Of a DNA stretch of 64,000 bases, positions 37,156-49,162 are shown piece after piece. Source of the DNA: Novakomyces olei (Eukaryota); the NCBI GenBank assembly GCA_016906335.1, contig JADEYG010000007.1, positions 1,612,001 to 1,676,000 of the forward strand, read 5' to 3'. A program made the position numbers and the translations under genes. The notes beneath the pieces are model-generated. The model saw only the letters and a program-made list of their open reading frames with translations. It was not told the DNA's origin and searched no databases. Positions within the stretch are counted from its first letter, which is position 1, and each line of letters opens with the position of its first letter.

Positions 37156-38856
37156 ATGCCAGAATCTGGGTGCAGAGTGCTACCGCGCAGCTTGTCTGCT
37201 CTAGCAGAAAACTGTTTTGAAGAAGGCTTGTGTAAGCTTATGACTGCAATCCCAATTCTCTTTTAGGCTTGAAATGATTCGTTTTATAATCATTCTTCTT
37301 CTTCCTCTTCTTCGTCTCATATACCTCTCTAATCTATCAACAAGACGGCCGCGGGTTCGATATTCTTATCGCTGCTACAAGTCCGCAAGGCAATTTGCCT
37401 CCAGAGTTCATTCCGTACGCAGACCATCTGGTCTTGGCTGCTACTGTAATGGTACAGTCGGCAGAACACGCCTCAGAATCCTCAACGGCCACTCTAAGGG
37501 CAACCCAACTTTTCCTCAATCAAACTGCCTGTTCTATTGAACTGGCAATGGACCACGATGAAACTCGTGATGCCTGGAAGGAATTGGCAATTACATCGCT
37601 TGCCTTTGAACAGGCCCCGCGTTCGCGTTTACAAAGGCGCCAGCAAACAGCAGCTCTACGCAACACTTTTTACTCTACACAAGAGAGTCCTGCAGACGAG
37701 GCTCTGGAACAAGAGCTGCTGGTAAAATCAAACATTTTTTCGGAATTTCCGGATTTTTGGAGCTTCTGTGGACACGTATTCCAGCTAGGCGACGCTCGTG
37801 ATTACGATCAACCTGTGGTCTTGGCCGATTCTGTAAATCAACAGCCTTTGCCTTTAGCGCTACGCTTTTACAGCCTATTCGAGTCCCTTTTACGGTTCGT
37901 CAAGGCTCTTTCACCCAGTCACCAGACTGTTCTGCCTCGCCATTACCTTGTCGGCCAACGTGATTCTCCAGAATTTTCAAAGATTGCTGAGGTCTTGGTT
38001 TCTTGTTGCACTAGCGGCACCAAAAATATAACGACATTCGATCATCTTTCTCCTGACGTCTCGCTACAACTGCTCGATCAAGCAATCGGCTGTGCAAGCG
38101 CTCGTGCCCAGTTGCTTGATAGCGCTTGGGCAGCATTGCAACAACGTGAACTTTATCCAGTTAACTGGAGTGCTCAATTACTGGCTGCTTTGTCTCGGGC
38201 TTTAAGACGGCAGTCCTTGCCATTATATTGTCATTTGTTGTCTGTATGCTGTCCTTACACTAGGATTTATTTATTTACGTATTCATGTATATATGTTTTT
38301 ATACATTTTTTATTCTTTGATTTGCCATTTCCACTATTTCCTTGCTAATCTTTAGTGTTTTCGAGGCCGCGTTGTTGAGCCGCTTCTTTTAACAATGTTT
38401 GAGTTATTGGCAATTTACGATCGTCGCTCTGATTCAGCGGGACACTTGCTTCTAGATCCGCTAGCGTTAATTCTTCCCGGAAAGCCAACGCTTTCGTCTC
38501 TTGCTAAACTGGCTTTTGCCTGTGAATTATATTTGAATACGATTTTACAGAAAAGAAGTGTAGCGCCTGCACGGTTATGTAAAATTGCTCTAAACGGAAT
38601 CGATGAGAGGGAAAAGGTAATACAGCAAACTTCCCAAAGTCAATCGTCTCTCAATGAATGCGATTCTTTTGCTCTTCGTATCCTCACTCAATCGCATACA
38701 AAAATGCGTCTAGCATTAGCAGACTCGGATCAGGAAAAGAACCGTTTATTGTCCCATGTGAAGCCAAAACTCGTTGTCAAAAGGGCTTCAAAGTACTGTG
38801 ATGCGGATGAAAGTGCACAATTTTCAAAGAGAATGCGTCTCGAGCTTGAGCTTTAG
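37156..38856 (+). CDS. Hypothetical helical protein, possibly Nse5-like; 3 exons (37156-37231, 37345-38243, 38356-38856)
   Basis: Two GT-AG introns with CTAAT branch points join an upstream exon and ORFs 37395 and 38395 in frame. The N-terminus reads CFEEGLYGRGFDIL...FIPYADHLVLAATV. Identity is tentative. Confidence 0.6.
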
Positions 38857-39240
38857 AATTTTTTTTGCACAATGTTTATACCCTTTTGTTTACATATAAG
38901 TTGGAAGAATTCCTGGTTGAGCATGAACGCAATTTATTGGCCCTGTTTTTATTTTTAAAAAAAGGAAAGAATTACCCTTGTACTATATAGCATTGATTGA
39001 CTGCCAATTTATCGTTCATTTTGATATAACTAATGACTGTTTATGAAATAGCTTCTGCTAGCCATAATACTGGTAATTTATTAATACCATATCAAATAAA
39101 AAATATGCATGTTTGTTCTTGAGGTGTTATTTAATCCAAGCACTATATCAATCAATCAATCAATCGATCAACCAAAACCAATCAATAATTGTATTTTAAT
39201 TAATTAATTGTTTATTTATTTCGATCTATTTAATCGTACA

Positions 39241-40470
39241 CTATGACACAAACTTGCCCCAGTTTACACTTGCGAGACCGTGGGGAAGATTGCACGCTCT
39301 CGCAACGTACTCGCCCCATGAAAGAGCCCAAATCCACGAGAGTAAAGCGCGTGTCAAACTAAATTTGCCATACTTGCCACCAAACACAGCAATCTCTAAC
39401 CCACAGCCAAATCCCATGGCCAAGAAAAACGAAAAGACTCGCCAAACAGCTGCCTCTGGAAGCAAAGGCACTAGAGCGTAAGCGTGATAGATGGCCATTA
39501 CCGCAAAAGCACTGCCATTCCCCAATGTATGTGAATGCGTGCATTTAACAATTGCGCGTTTCAAGTCGCGCAACGGAGCGGAAAACGCGTTGTGCCATTC
39601 CCAAGTCCAAAAATGTAAAAGCCCCGGCGCTCTCCATAGCGAACCAAACATGGGCGGAGAATCAACGGACCAGCGCAGGCACATGTGCATAGCTGTCCAT
39701 ATCAAATCAATAGCAAGCAATATTTGCAGCGGAAGCAGAAAAGGCACCCTACTGTCTGCCGCTGCGCCCTGTAAAAAAGCAAACATTATCGCGTTGTTTA
39801 CAAACTCGCGTCTCTCCTCCACCCTACTGTCGATTAGTTTTCGCGACGCGTCCAGTTCGCGTACGCTTTCGTAACGTAATTCCAATGTGAGCAAAACGGG
39901 TAATGGCCACGTGCGTTGGGCATGCGTGGGCAAGCCCCCTTTCCTCGTGAATTTGCCATACATTCTTCTGGCAGCTAGAAAATGTATGCATTTCAACACG
40001 CCCGTTGCCGCACAAAACCGGACAAGGGCGTCTAATTCCGGTAATGTCCGATCGCGGCCGATAAGCTGGGGAACTGCCGCGGCAGAGCCCACGTAAACTA
40101 CACACGCGACTGCTGCTAATATTGCTTGTGCCCACAGTGTGCCTTTGCCCTCTTTGCCTGTGCTAGTGGCAGGAGCAGATTTAATAGACGCGGTTCCCTT
40201 TGCCAAGGCCTGGTCTTGCCCACCGGGCGGGTCGATGCCTCGGATATGGGTATGATTTTCTTTGGAACCGTGTTTGTCTCGACGGCCTCCCTTTAAAATG
40301 GCCTCTTCTGGCTCTGTAGCGCCCACGTTTTTGCCAGTGCTACCGTTCATATCCGCACTCGTGGATTCTGCCATCGGCATTTGGCAGACGGAAGCGTAGC
40401 ATATCAGTGTGGCCGCAGTCTGGCCAAGTAGAGATAATGCCAGCTGCTCTGTTGTCGCGCTCAATGGCAT
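39241..40470 (-). CDS. MBOAT_2 / wax-synthase-like membrane-bound O-acyltransferase
   Basis: Multiple TM segments; PPMFGSLWRAPGLLHFWTWEWHNAF and AFAVMAIYHAY (catalytic His); FFLAMG..GLE. Confidence 0.78.
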   Translation of the reverse strand: MPLSATTEQLALSLLGQTAATLICYASVCQMPMAESTSADMNGSTGKNVGATEPEEAILKGGRRDKHGSKENHTHIRGIDPPGGQDQALAKGTASIKSAPATSTGKEGKGTLWAQAILAAVACVVYVGSAAAVPQLIGRDRTLPELDALVRFCAATGVLKCIHFLAARRMYGKFTRKGGLPTHAQRTWPLPVLLTLELRYESVRELDASRKLIDSRVEERREFVNNAIMFAFLQGAAADSRVPFLLPLQILLAIDLIWTAMHMCLRWSVDSPPMFGSLWRAPGLLHFWTWEWHNAFSAPLRDLKRAIVKCTHSHTLGNGSAFAVMAIYHAYALVPLLPEAAVWRVFSFFLAMGFGCGLEIAVFGGKYGKFSLTRALLSWIWALSWGEYVARACNLPHGLASVNWGKFVS

Positions 40471-42082
40471 TACCTGGCCGCTATCTTCATATCGTCGTCC
40501 TGTCAACGAGATATATAGTCGTTTATGATGTCAATCAGTGTATAGCGGTTGCCAGCACGTATGAATAATTATCCATAATATAATGATGTGCAATGTGGAT
40601 GGTTTACATTATTATGATATTTGTACTCTTTGGAAAATATAAACAATATAATTAAATAAATAAAGCTGGGCAAGTGTACTTTGGTTCGAATAGGCATTTT
40701 TGGTTTCTAAATTGCCATTGCCTACACAATTTTCTGATTAAAGTGACTTTTTTTAATCTTATTTATTTTACAATTTACATCTAATTATTCTGAAATCTGG
40801 TTCAAAAAAGAGCACTTTCTAGGGAAGATTATTTGGTAGCTGAGCAACGTAAATTTTTATCGATAGCAGAAATTTTAGAAATATTCATTTAATTTGCAAC
40901 ACACATTGGCCAGTCGGATTGTGATATATATTGATTGAGCTCCGACTGAGCGTCTGAGTAACCCAAAGTAATCGTTGCCAGCTATCCCACTTGATCATAA
41001 ACATAAACTATATAACTGGTTATCATGCAGACAAGACGCTTCACCATCTGCATGCAGATACAATGATATAGTTCAGAAACATGAAAAGTAAAGCAGCGCA
41101 AGAGCATTTTCAGATACTGCTTTTTCTGTATATCGTAAATTGTCGCTGTTCCATGCGAGTGCAACTTCATCAAATATAACCCGACATATCACCGAATTTC
41201 TTTAAAACCACCGAATGCCTGGATATTTCGTGCTTGGCAGCAACACACGCAAAAGGTCCATTGGACCGGCAACATTTGTTTTGGCTTTCTTTTTCCATTC
41301 GTTTTTAAAATCAAGCTCAGGACGAAAAAACTAAAATACAAACCAAACATAGCCAAAGAAACATAACTTGAAAAAATAAAAAGCAAATACAACCGGTCGA
41401 GCATATGAAACCCATGCACAATGCTAATGTTATACTTTTAACAATTCGTGATTAATGCATACGTGTGCTCTTCGATACAATTATGCGGAGAAAAGACACA
41501 CGTACGCGATCACAAATATAATTCAATCGTATAATCTTCCCGTACGGCATTATATAAAATACAATTGCCAGCAATCCCGAAAGTGTCAACACGTTGCCAA
41601 ACACACCGCGGCTCCAACGAAAATTCGATTTGGAAAAGACATAATTCGATATAGAGACAATGATTTGGGGTCCGAAGCAATACAAAGCTTGTACAAAACC
41701 AATAAAAATCATATAGTAGAATTTGCATTGCACATCATGGAAAGAGAAAAGATGAAATCAAGAACGCATATCAAAATACACTTTCGGAGGAAAATTTAGA
41801 TGAACATATATTCAACGAACATATATTCAAAGCCTCAATTGACTTGAAAATTAACTCCCTGTGCTTTCCTTTTCTCTCTTTGCTTCTCTTATTCATCGAA
41901 ACTCATTGTAATATTATACATTATAATGCCGATATCTCGTTATTTTTTAATTACAACCTTTTCCCGTTTTTTTTTGTTCCTAACCTTTTTGTTCCTCTTG
42001 ACCCTTTTTGTCCCTTGGCCTTTTTTGTCCCTCGACCCTTTTCATTCGTTGACCGTTCCCTTCCAGTATACTTTTACCCACG

Positions 42083-44620
42083 TTAATGATCATACCCGAA
42101 TCCTCTCCGCCAGGGATCAGACGCATTATTACCACTATCGCCATTTGCACCAAAAGGCGCAAAGCTCCGTGGACCGCGAGGCCCTCGTGGCGAAGAAGGA
42201 AGGTCAGGTAGAGCGCGTGTACGGTAATTGTCCTCTGCTAAATTGTTATAGCTGCTATTAAAGCTGCTGTTATTGCTATTGCCCGCCTGCTGTACACCGG
42301 GAGGCAGGTTGAGTGAAGAGGCAGTATTAATCCGGGGCAGGCTTCCATTGCTACTGCTTGCCAGGGAATATTGAGAATCTCTGGCAAAGGGAGCAGAAGG
42401 AGGTAAAGGACTTTCAGCTGCATTTAAAGGCTGATAAGAGGTTGTAGAAACCTGCCGTTCGTGCTGCCTTACACTATTACTGCCACTGCTCGTGCCGTCA
42501 CCGAAAACCAGACCGGAGTCGTCTCGATGAGAAAAGGAAGACTTGCCCTGATGATGAGCAAACGCCTCCGGATCAAAAGGAGCCGCAGGCAGAGGAGCAT
42601 CTCTATCCTTTTTATAGGCTAATCGCGTAACGTCATCGAGACCCTCCTCATCGTCATCGTCATCATTGTCGATATTGCTCCGCATTATCGCCTGCTTGGG
42701 CTCCAGTGGCCCTATATTAGAGGGCATATTCTCCATCTCTGTGGACCCATTGCCCTCAAATTTGGTGGAATTCAAGTATGAAGCCCTATTATCCTTCATC
42801 TTCTTATACCTAACGTCAGGATTCTTCGCAATCAGAGCCACCATAGCAGAGACGATGACGAGGATCAGAAGGATGAGGGATACGATTGCGTTTATCACGA
42901 AAAACACTACGCCCAGTACGCCGGCGGCAATGTAGGGCAGAGTTGAGGCTGGAGAAAAAATGACGATAAAAACAGCAGAGAGCATGTTGATAGTAGCGAT
43001 AAAGATCATGAAGGCATTCGTCCGCCTGTCCATAAAAGGCCGCAGAGCACAGACCAGGATAAAGTACAGTCCATCCACAACCATAAGCGTAATCGCCTGG
43101 GCAGTCGGGTTTGACTGGCTCAGTCCAATAACCATACTCTTCACCAGAATAAAAATAATAGTCAGCAGTACGAACCAGTATTTTTGTGCCTGGTACTGTA
43201 TGTACAGAAACCCCCAGCGATGAACGGTTCTGGGGTCGGAAAAAAGCAAATAAGCAGGATTGTTATGCAGCTTGATACTGCGCTGAGCCGCAAAAACAAC
43301 ACGGATACATGCCCAGGCCAGCAGTATGGTGGAAACAAGGAGCATAATAACGGCAAGCAAGACAGCAGCCGGCGAATCTCGTTGGGTGAGCTCCCACATG
43401 GAAAGCAGAGTTATTTGTGGGTAACAAATGAAAAGGAACCGGTAAAGGACTCCACGCAAAACGTTCTTCCACCCATTACGGAACTCGAGAAACCGGTAAT
43501 TTTGTATAATTCGCCGGCGCACAAGAAACTCTGTTATACCTTTAAACACGAGAACAATAAGCGCCACTGCACACAGCAGAATAATGCACCAAGAGTAGCC
43601 TGTCATATATATATTAGTGCTGTTTATACCCGACCGGAACCCAACGCGTTTTATCCCACGCAGGACCATAACAGAGCGGCTATACTGTGCCCCGGCAGTA
43701 TCGCTTGTACGCTTATAAAGTCCCGGGACGAGGTCGCGCTTCTGCATAACGATACTACGGTCCGCCCGTTCTTCCCACAGGGTTGAGGGCGTACCCCCCG
43801 TGGAGTTTATGTACCACTGGAAAATGTCTTGCATAAACTGCAGTTTAATAATGCCCATAGACCACTGAAAGTTTTGAGTCCACGACCGCACGATCGGAGG
43901 CATCGGCACGGAAGCCATTCCGTAGATTGCCTGTGACTGGAAGAAAGAAAACAGGGCAATTGCGTGGGAGGCAACGTGGGCTGCGGTGTTTGCATTCCCC
44001 TGGGCGGATGAAATTCCAGCCACCAAAAAAGCCAGCAACGAGATGACTGCCGTTACCCAGGCAACAGGGATGGAATGCACAGTCTTGGAGTTTGAGAGTG
44101 TAGCCTGCACACACGCCACCTGCCTGTTATCCGTGTTGTTTACCCGCACAGTGACTACACCGTCGAGGTCGGGAAAAGTGTAGGCGATAGAGGGGATGAT
44201 GTTGTTCACATTAGAGCCGACCGTGAGAAAAGACTGAGCCTGAATCGGCCCAGAGGCAAGATTGCAAAGCTGCGCAATCCCGAAACTGCACGAGTCCCGT
44301 GTTTCTCTCAGAATCTGCCTGCCGTAAGCATAAATAGCCAGCTCCACATGAACCTGGCCGGATATAGTCGACTGCCCTTCAATGTTGAAGACAACCGTTC
44401 GATTGTGGGGAAAATAGTGCACATCAAATGTGGACGCCGTTATTCCAGAATTTGCCATACAAGTGGCCAGTCCTTCCGTGCCAACGCGCCTTTGCGCGTA
44501 TACTGGGGAAGGTGAAAACAAGGCGATCAGAAAAAACGAGAGCAGGAGTTTACGTATACTAAATCGCGGCTCCGTCGCAGAGTCGCTGCCGGTCCAAGCG
44601 GGCATTGCAGCCACCGCCAT
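42083..44620 (-). CDS. FLC/Pkd2 TRP-like channel / flavin carrier (ML-like domain plus TRP domain)
   Basis: LATCMANS, IPSIAYTFPDLDG, ACVQATLSN, FQSQAIYGM, WTQNFQWSMG, WGFLYIQY and RPFMDRRTN. Confidence 0.95.
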   Translation of the reverse strand: MAVAAMPAWTGSDSATEPRFSIRKLLLSFFLIALFSPSPVYAQRRVGTEGLATCMANSGITASTFDVHYFPHNRTVVFNIEGQSTISGQVHVELAIYAYGRQILRETRDSCSFGIAQLCNLASGPIQAQSFLTVGSNVNNIIPSIAYTFPDLDGVVTVRVNNTDNRQVACVQATLSNSKTVHSIPVAWVTAVISLLAFLVAGISSAQGNANTAAHVASHAIALFSFFQSQAIYGMASVPMPPIVRSWTQNFQWSMGIIKLQFMQDIFQWYINSTGGTPSTLWEERADRSIVMQKRDLVPGLYKRTSDTAGAQYSRSVMVLRGIKRVGFRSGINSTNIYMTGYSWCIILLCAVALIVLVFKGITEFLVRRRIIQNYRFLEFRNGWKNVLRGVLYRFLFICYPQITLLSMWELTQRDSPAAVLLAVIMLLVSTILLAWACIRVVFAAQRSIKLHNNPAYLLFSDPRTVHRWGFLYIQYQAQKYWFVLLTIIFILVKSMVIGLSQSNPTAQAITLMVVDGLYFILVCALRPFMDRRTNAFMIFIATINMLSAVFIVIFSPASTLPYIAAGVLGVVFFVINAIVSLILLILVIVSAMVALIAKNPDVRYKKMKDNRASYLNSTKFEGNGSTEMENMPSNIGPLEPKQAIMRSNIDNDDDDDEEGLDDVTRLAYKKDRDAPLPAAPFDPEAFAHHQGKSSFSHRDDSGLVFGDGTSSGSNSVRQHERQVSTTSYQPLNAAESPLPPSAPFARDSQYSLASSSNGSLPRINTASSLNLPPGVQQAGNSNNSSFNSSYNNLAEDNYRTRALPDLPSSPRGPRGPRSFAPFGANGDSGNNASDPWRRGFGYDH

Positions 44621-46383
44621 GCAGGATTACAGCAGTTCCGCAGACTGCCGTTGGGATAAACGAGAGTGATGCGGCTGTGGCAGATCTGTCGTGCCTTTTC
44701 GCGAGTATATCCTGCTATTATTTTGTATTTATTTAGTACAATAATATCGGCATGAGATTAGTACAGGCTACTTGTTTGCTTGCAGATTTACTCGTGTAAA
44801 AAATTCGTAAAACATACACTTGACTCAACGAATATTGTGTTTTAGATAATAATTGCTACTCCACTCTCCATCCAATACAATAAGCCTGCCGCTCACTCTT
44901 GCTCGCTCCTTACATTACTGCGAAATGCATACCTTAAATTGGACAAAGTATGGTCCTTATTGATTTATTAAAGCGTACCCCGGCTGCCTGTCTAATCACA
45001 TAATACAATATGATAGATTAAATATCTCGATTAAAATTCACAACACAATGCAATTGTGTTTCACTAGACGGATGTCTAGCACGTACTTTTGTCCGCATAT
45101 TCTGTTAAACCAACCCGAATGCTCTGCCAACTGTTGCTATTTACTACAGCGAGTCTTTGGACTCTGCTTTTACCTAATCGTTCTCTATAGCTTTCATGTA
45201 TTTATTATTAATTAATGTCGTTTCTTTCACCTCAAATCGTACACCTGCTCTTGGCGAACGCCACTCCGCCACTTTGTATAGTAATGCAAATTTGGCGTCC
45301 ATTTTTTACGTGTCTCACCCAAAATAGAAGCATTGTTGAACGGGTTGATGGCGGTAATATTGCTTAAACATATTTCGTATGATTTTAAATAAATATTCAT
45401 TATAGATCTTTTGCAACGATTCATGCTGTTTATGCAAGCGACGGTTCAACAAGTAATAGTATGTTTGACAAGTAGCTGTTATATTACCTGACAGCTCTTG
45501 CGAGTGCACTATGCAGGTTTCAGTGGTCAATTATGTATGAAGAACAGACGGAGACAGCATAGGGACAACTCGCTATAGTGCAAACACTGATACATAGCTG
45601 TCACTACTAGGTGAGGTCGAGACTTGCTAGTAGTAGTTTGCGGTATACGAATGTTTTGTATAATTTCATTATGGCACGTCGATTGAACAAGAATTCGTAA
45701 ATACTCTCTGCAAGAAAAATAATATCATTTACGCGCATTTTCTTCCAGTCCAGCCAAACAATTAACCAGGAGTATACGGGCGAGCGATTGAAAGAAAGTT
45801 ATGATCGCAAAGCAAGGCGAATAAATCCTAATCCTTGATGTTTTGTATATAAATATACAAGATCAACGGACTAAACTCTTAATACATCGATTAATATCAA
45901 TTATTTTGATCACAATCTCCATTCGTAAATTCACCCGGCACTCTACTTTCCACGTCTACGCCAGCATATCCCCATAGCAAGTTAGTTTATTGTGGAAACT
46001 CGCCACTGTCTGACTCCATAAGAAGCCCCCAATACCTTTGATTTCATCATCGTTGAGCACTTTCCCAAAGAGAACAAAGGTACTTGACAGCTATAGTTGA
46101 CGGAAATTATCCTGCGCGAGTTCTCACAATAATCAACAATGCCCGGCTTCCACTTGCCAATTGCTGTATGCATACTGTAATCAGCCTGCGTCGAAACTTT
46201 TGCGTGCCCAATATGATGCGGCTTTCTTTTTCAGCTCGTAGCACTATTCGCAAGACAAATTTCCATCCAGTTCAGCGGCGAATCGTATTGTTCACGCTGT
46301 CTTTTTCTCTGATTTATAGACTTCAAACAGCTTGAAAGATAAATAAAACTTTCAAAGCCTATCAATACGTATACATCGACTCA

Positions 46384-47832
46384 TCAAGTCACGGGAATCA
46401 TAGCATGATCAATTTGATAAATTGATATTAATTCTTGCCACGTCGACATATCAAGGCTCAAAACTGCCTGTTTTTGCCGAAATCCACGTGTAATATCTGC
46501 TTCTGTAGCTGGCTCCCTTAATTCTGGATGAAAAAAAAATTCAATGTTAGCCATGCTCAGAACCATTAAAGACATAAGTAAGGAAAAAAGAAAGAAAGAA
46601 AGACATTAGTAATTCATTAATGGCCAAGCTTACCAAGATAGGGCCCGCCTTCCGAATCGTCTTCACCTGTAATCCCCACTTTACCGTCTCGCAATAAGAA
46701 ACTGAGGTGAAATAAGTTTTCAACCGTTTTGCCAAACGAGGTTGGATCTACAAAAAACTTAAACATGTTAATACGCTCTGACTCCTGCTGCTGCAACGCT
46801 TCGCGTAGACCACGATAAACGGCCATTACATTACGAGTAGTAGCAGAAGTCCCCGTACTAAGATCGCCCGCATCTTCTACTTGAGACGGCTTTACTGCTC
46901 TTTCTGCATCATCAAAACGTCGCCGTGGACGCTGTGAAGCTGCTCGTTCCTTTCTTTCCAGAGACAGTGGACCAAGCAAGAAATCTATAGTCGGCGCACG
47001 ACGAGAATAACGCCAGCAATGCCGACCCAGTTTGTTCCACTGAAAGCTATTATTGCCCGATCTGTCTTCAATCTCACTGCTCTCATGATCTATCATATAA
47101 GCCGCCACTTTTTCCAGAAATTTGTCCAGGTCTACGCCTTTTTGGCTTCCCAAGTTTAACTTGCGAGTTCCTGTGGAAGCAATATCGACCGTCCTGGTGA
47201 GAAATTTGGAATCCAGCGATGATTCCTGTGTTGTCCGGACTATGCATGAATATTCGAATGCCAAATTAAACTGTATACAGAATAGAAGAAGGAAACCAAA
47301 TAGAAATGAAATGAAACAGACTGAACAGTTGACGAACTTGTTGAGATTGATCAGAGATAAAATAGATTCTAAACAAAGAAAAAAAGAAAGAAAAACCAAG
47401 TCAAGTCAAAGGAGAAAGAGAAAGAAGAATAAAGCTCTAAAACTAGCAAGAATAAAATTAAATATTATCATGTAGCGTACCGTCTGTGAAAAGCGCGTTA
47501 CCGGTACGAATGTGCTGTAATACAGCTTTAGCCTGACGCGGCTGTGTCCATTCAACGCGCCGGTCTGTCAGAATTAGAGCAAATATAAGAAAAATTTATA
47601 TATTACCATCGCCTTCTTTAATTAACTTTCTATACTCCTGCCGCAATCGCCTTCTTTCGTCCCTATCCTGATCTTGTGCATATATTGCTAACGCGTCTCC
47701 GCCAATGCTTTGTACATCATCGGCAGAGCCGTTACGATCAGCTCCATTATCGCCATTTGTATGGCTTTGCGACGATGAATTGTTAGTCTCTGGAGAGCTA
47801 CTGCGATGCCTATGCCGTCTAGCTACGGACAT
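46384..47832 (-). CDS. NSE4: Smc5/6 kleisin subunit Nse4, 4 exons (47832-47607, 47563-47481, 47270-46634, 46523-46384)
   Basis: QDRDERRRLRQEYRKL; VRTTQESSLDSKFL; WNKLG...PTIDFLLGPL; FFVDPTSFGKTVENLFHLSFLLRDG; QAVLSLDMSTWQELI. Confidence 0.93.
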
Positions 47833-47919
47833 TCGTCTCTTCCGTTTGATCGTCGCGACTATCGTTTATCGCATAAATAACAAATTAAATAAAACAAATA
47901 CCTAATTATAGCAAATATT

Positions 47920-48101
47920 ACAGCAAATATTAATTTACAGCAAATATTAATTTACAGCAAATATTAATTTAAAGCAAATATTAATTTAAAGCAAATATTA
48001 ATTTACAGCAAATATTAATTTACAGCAAATATTAATTTACAGCAAATATTAATTTACAGCAAATATTAATTTACAGCAAATATTAATTTACAGCAAATAT
48101 T
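47920..48101. repeat. 17-bp minisatellite (ACAGCAAATATTAATTT) x10 plus a partial copy
   Basis: Read directly; two adjacent units carry the AAAGC variant. Confidence 0.97.
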
Positions 48102-49162
48102 TTCTATGCATTCATATTATGTTTTCATTGGAAAATCGATTATTTCCAATGTTTCCCGGAAAACTTCAATGCAGTTTCTTCAAGTCAACTGGTCGGATAC
48201 CGTCAATTATCTACCAACTGTGACGCAAAATTGCATTTAGCACTGATAAATAGCTTTTAATACAATTTATGTCGTGAATGTATATTTTAATGTTGACATA
48301 GACATCAAGCTGGAAAGCCTCTTCCCGCCCTTACATGGACCTTTTGTAAAAAATCGAGAAAACGTACTAGATGTTTACACTATGCTACCAATCAAATGTC
48401 CACAGCCAGACAGCGTTTATTGAGTACTCATATATCTCCGATCCCATAAGCATGATTTTAACCCATCCGACCGCGTGCTATTAAAAAATTGTTCATAGAT
48501 CAGGAACGAAACGCGGCAGCTGTTATTGATGGCGCTCATCCTGCAGGAACGCTCCTCTGTAAAACTTCTTTACATAGCAAATCAAAACAAAGCAGGGCGA
48601 CATTTTGGCCAGCAGCCGACACATCACCTCGACTCGTAAGTCAGTACATTCATTTATTACATTTCAGCCGAGATTCGAGCGTGTACCTAGCCATTTGGCA
48701 AGGTTTCTTTTTATTAATTTAAACTCTTTTGCGCGATTTATTCGAACAAAATATATTGCCCGCATTTTAGCAGTTCAACGATTGCGCAATCGATGACACC
48801 AGAAGCACACGCAAATTTGAAAGGAATTAAAGCCTGCCTTTTTTTCCTCACTCAGATAAAATTTCAACTGGATTAGTAAGAGCATTAGGACTCTGTGTAT
48901 CCCACAGTTAGGTGGCAAACATCTCAGCTATTGCTGCCGCAGACCAATAATTTATCAAATGTGTATATTTATTTTGTTTACTACTCTAATTTACTGTCGT
49001 TTATTATCGATGATCGGTTCAGTATATCTTCTTTGCTCATGCCAATACTAGTCCTATAGTGTTTCACTAAATCTGGTTTGGAACAAGAAAATGAAGCAAT
49101 ACCGCAGTATGTTTCGTTTCAATCCTCCTTTTCATATTACCTGGCATGTATGTCGTCAAACA

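Noticed and set aside
40982-41799. Several short ORFs between the MBOAT and FLC genes
   Set aside because: AT-rich with no consistent splice model; more likely FLC 3' UTR and MBOAT promoter.
47920-48101. Array as CRISPR
   Set aside because: Head-to-tail repeats with no spacers, in a eukaryotic context with no cas genes.
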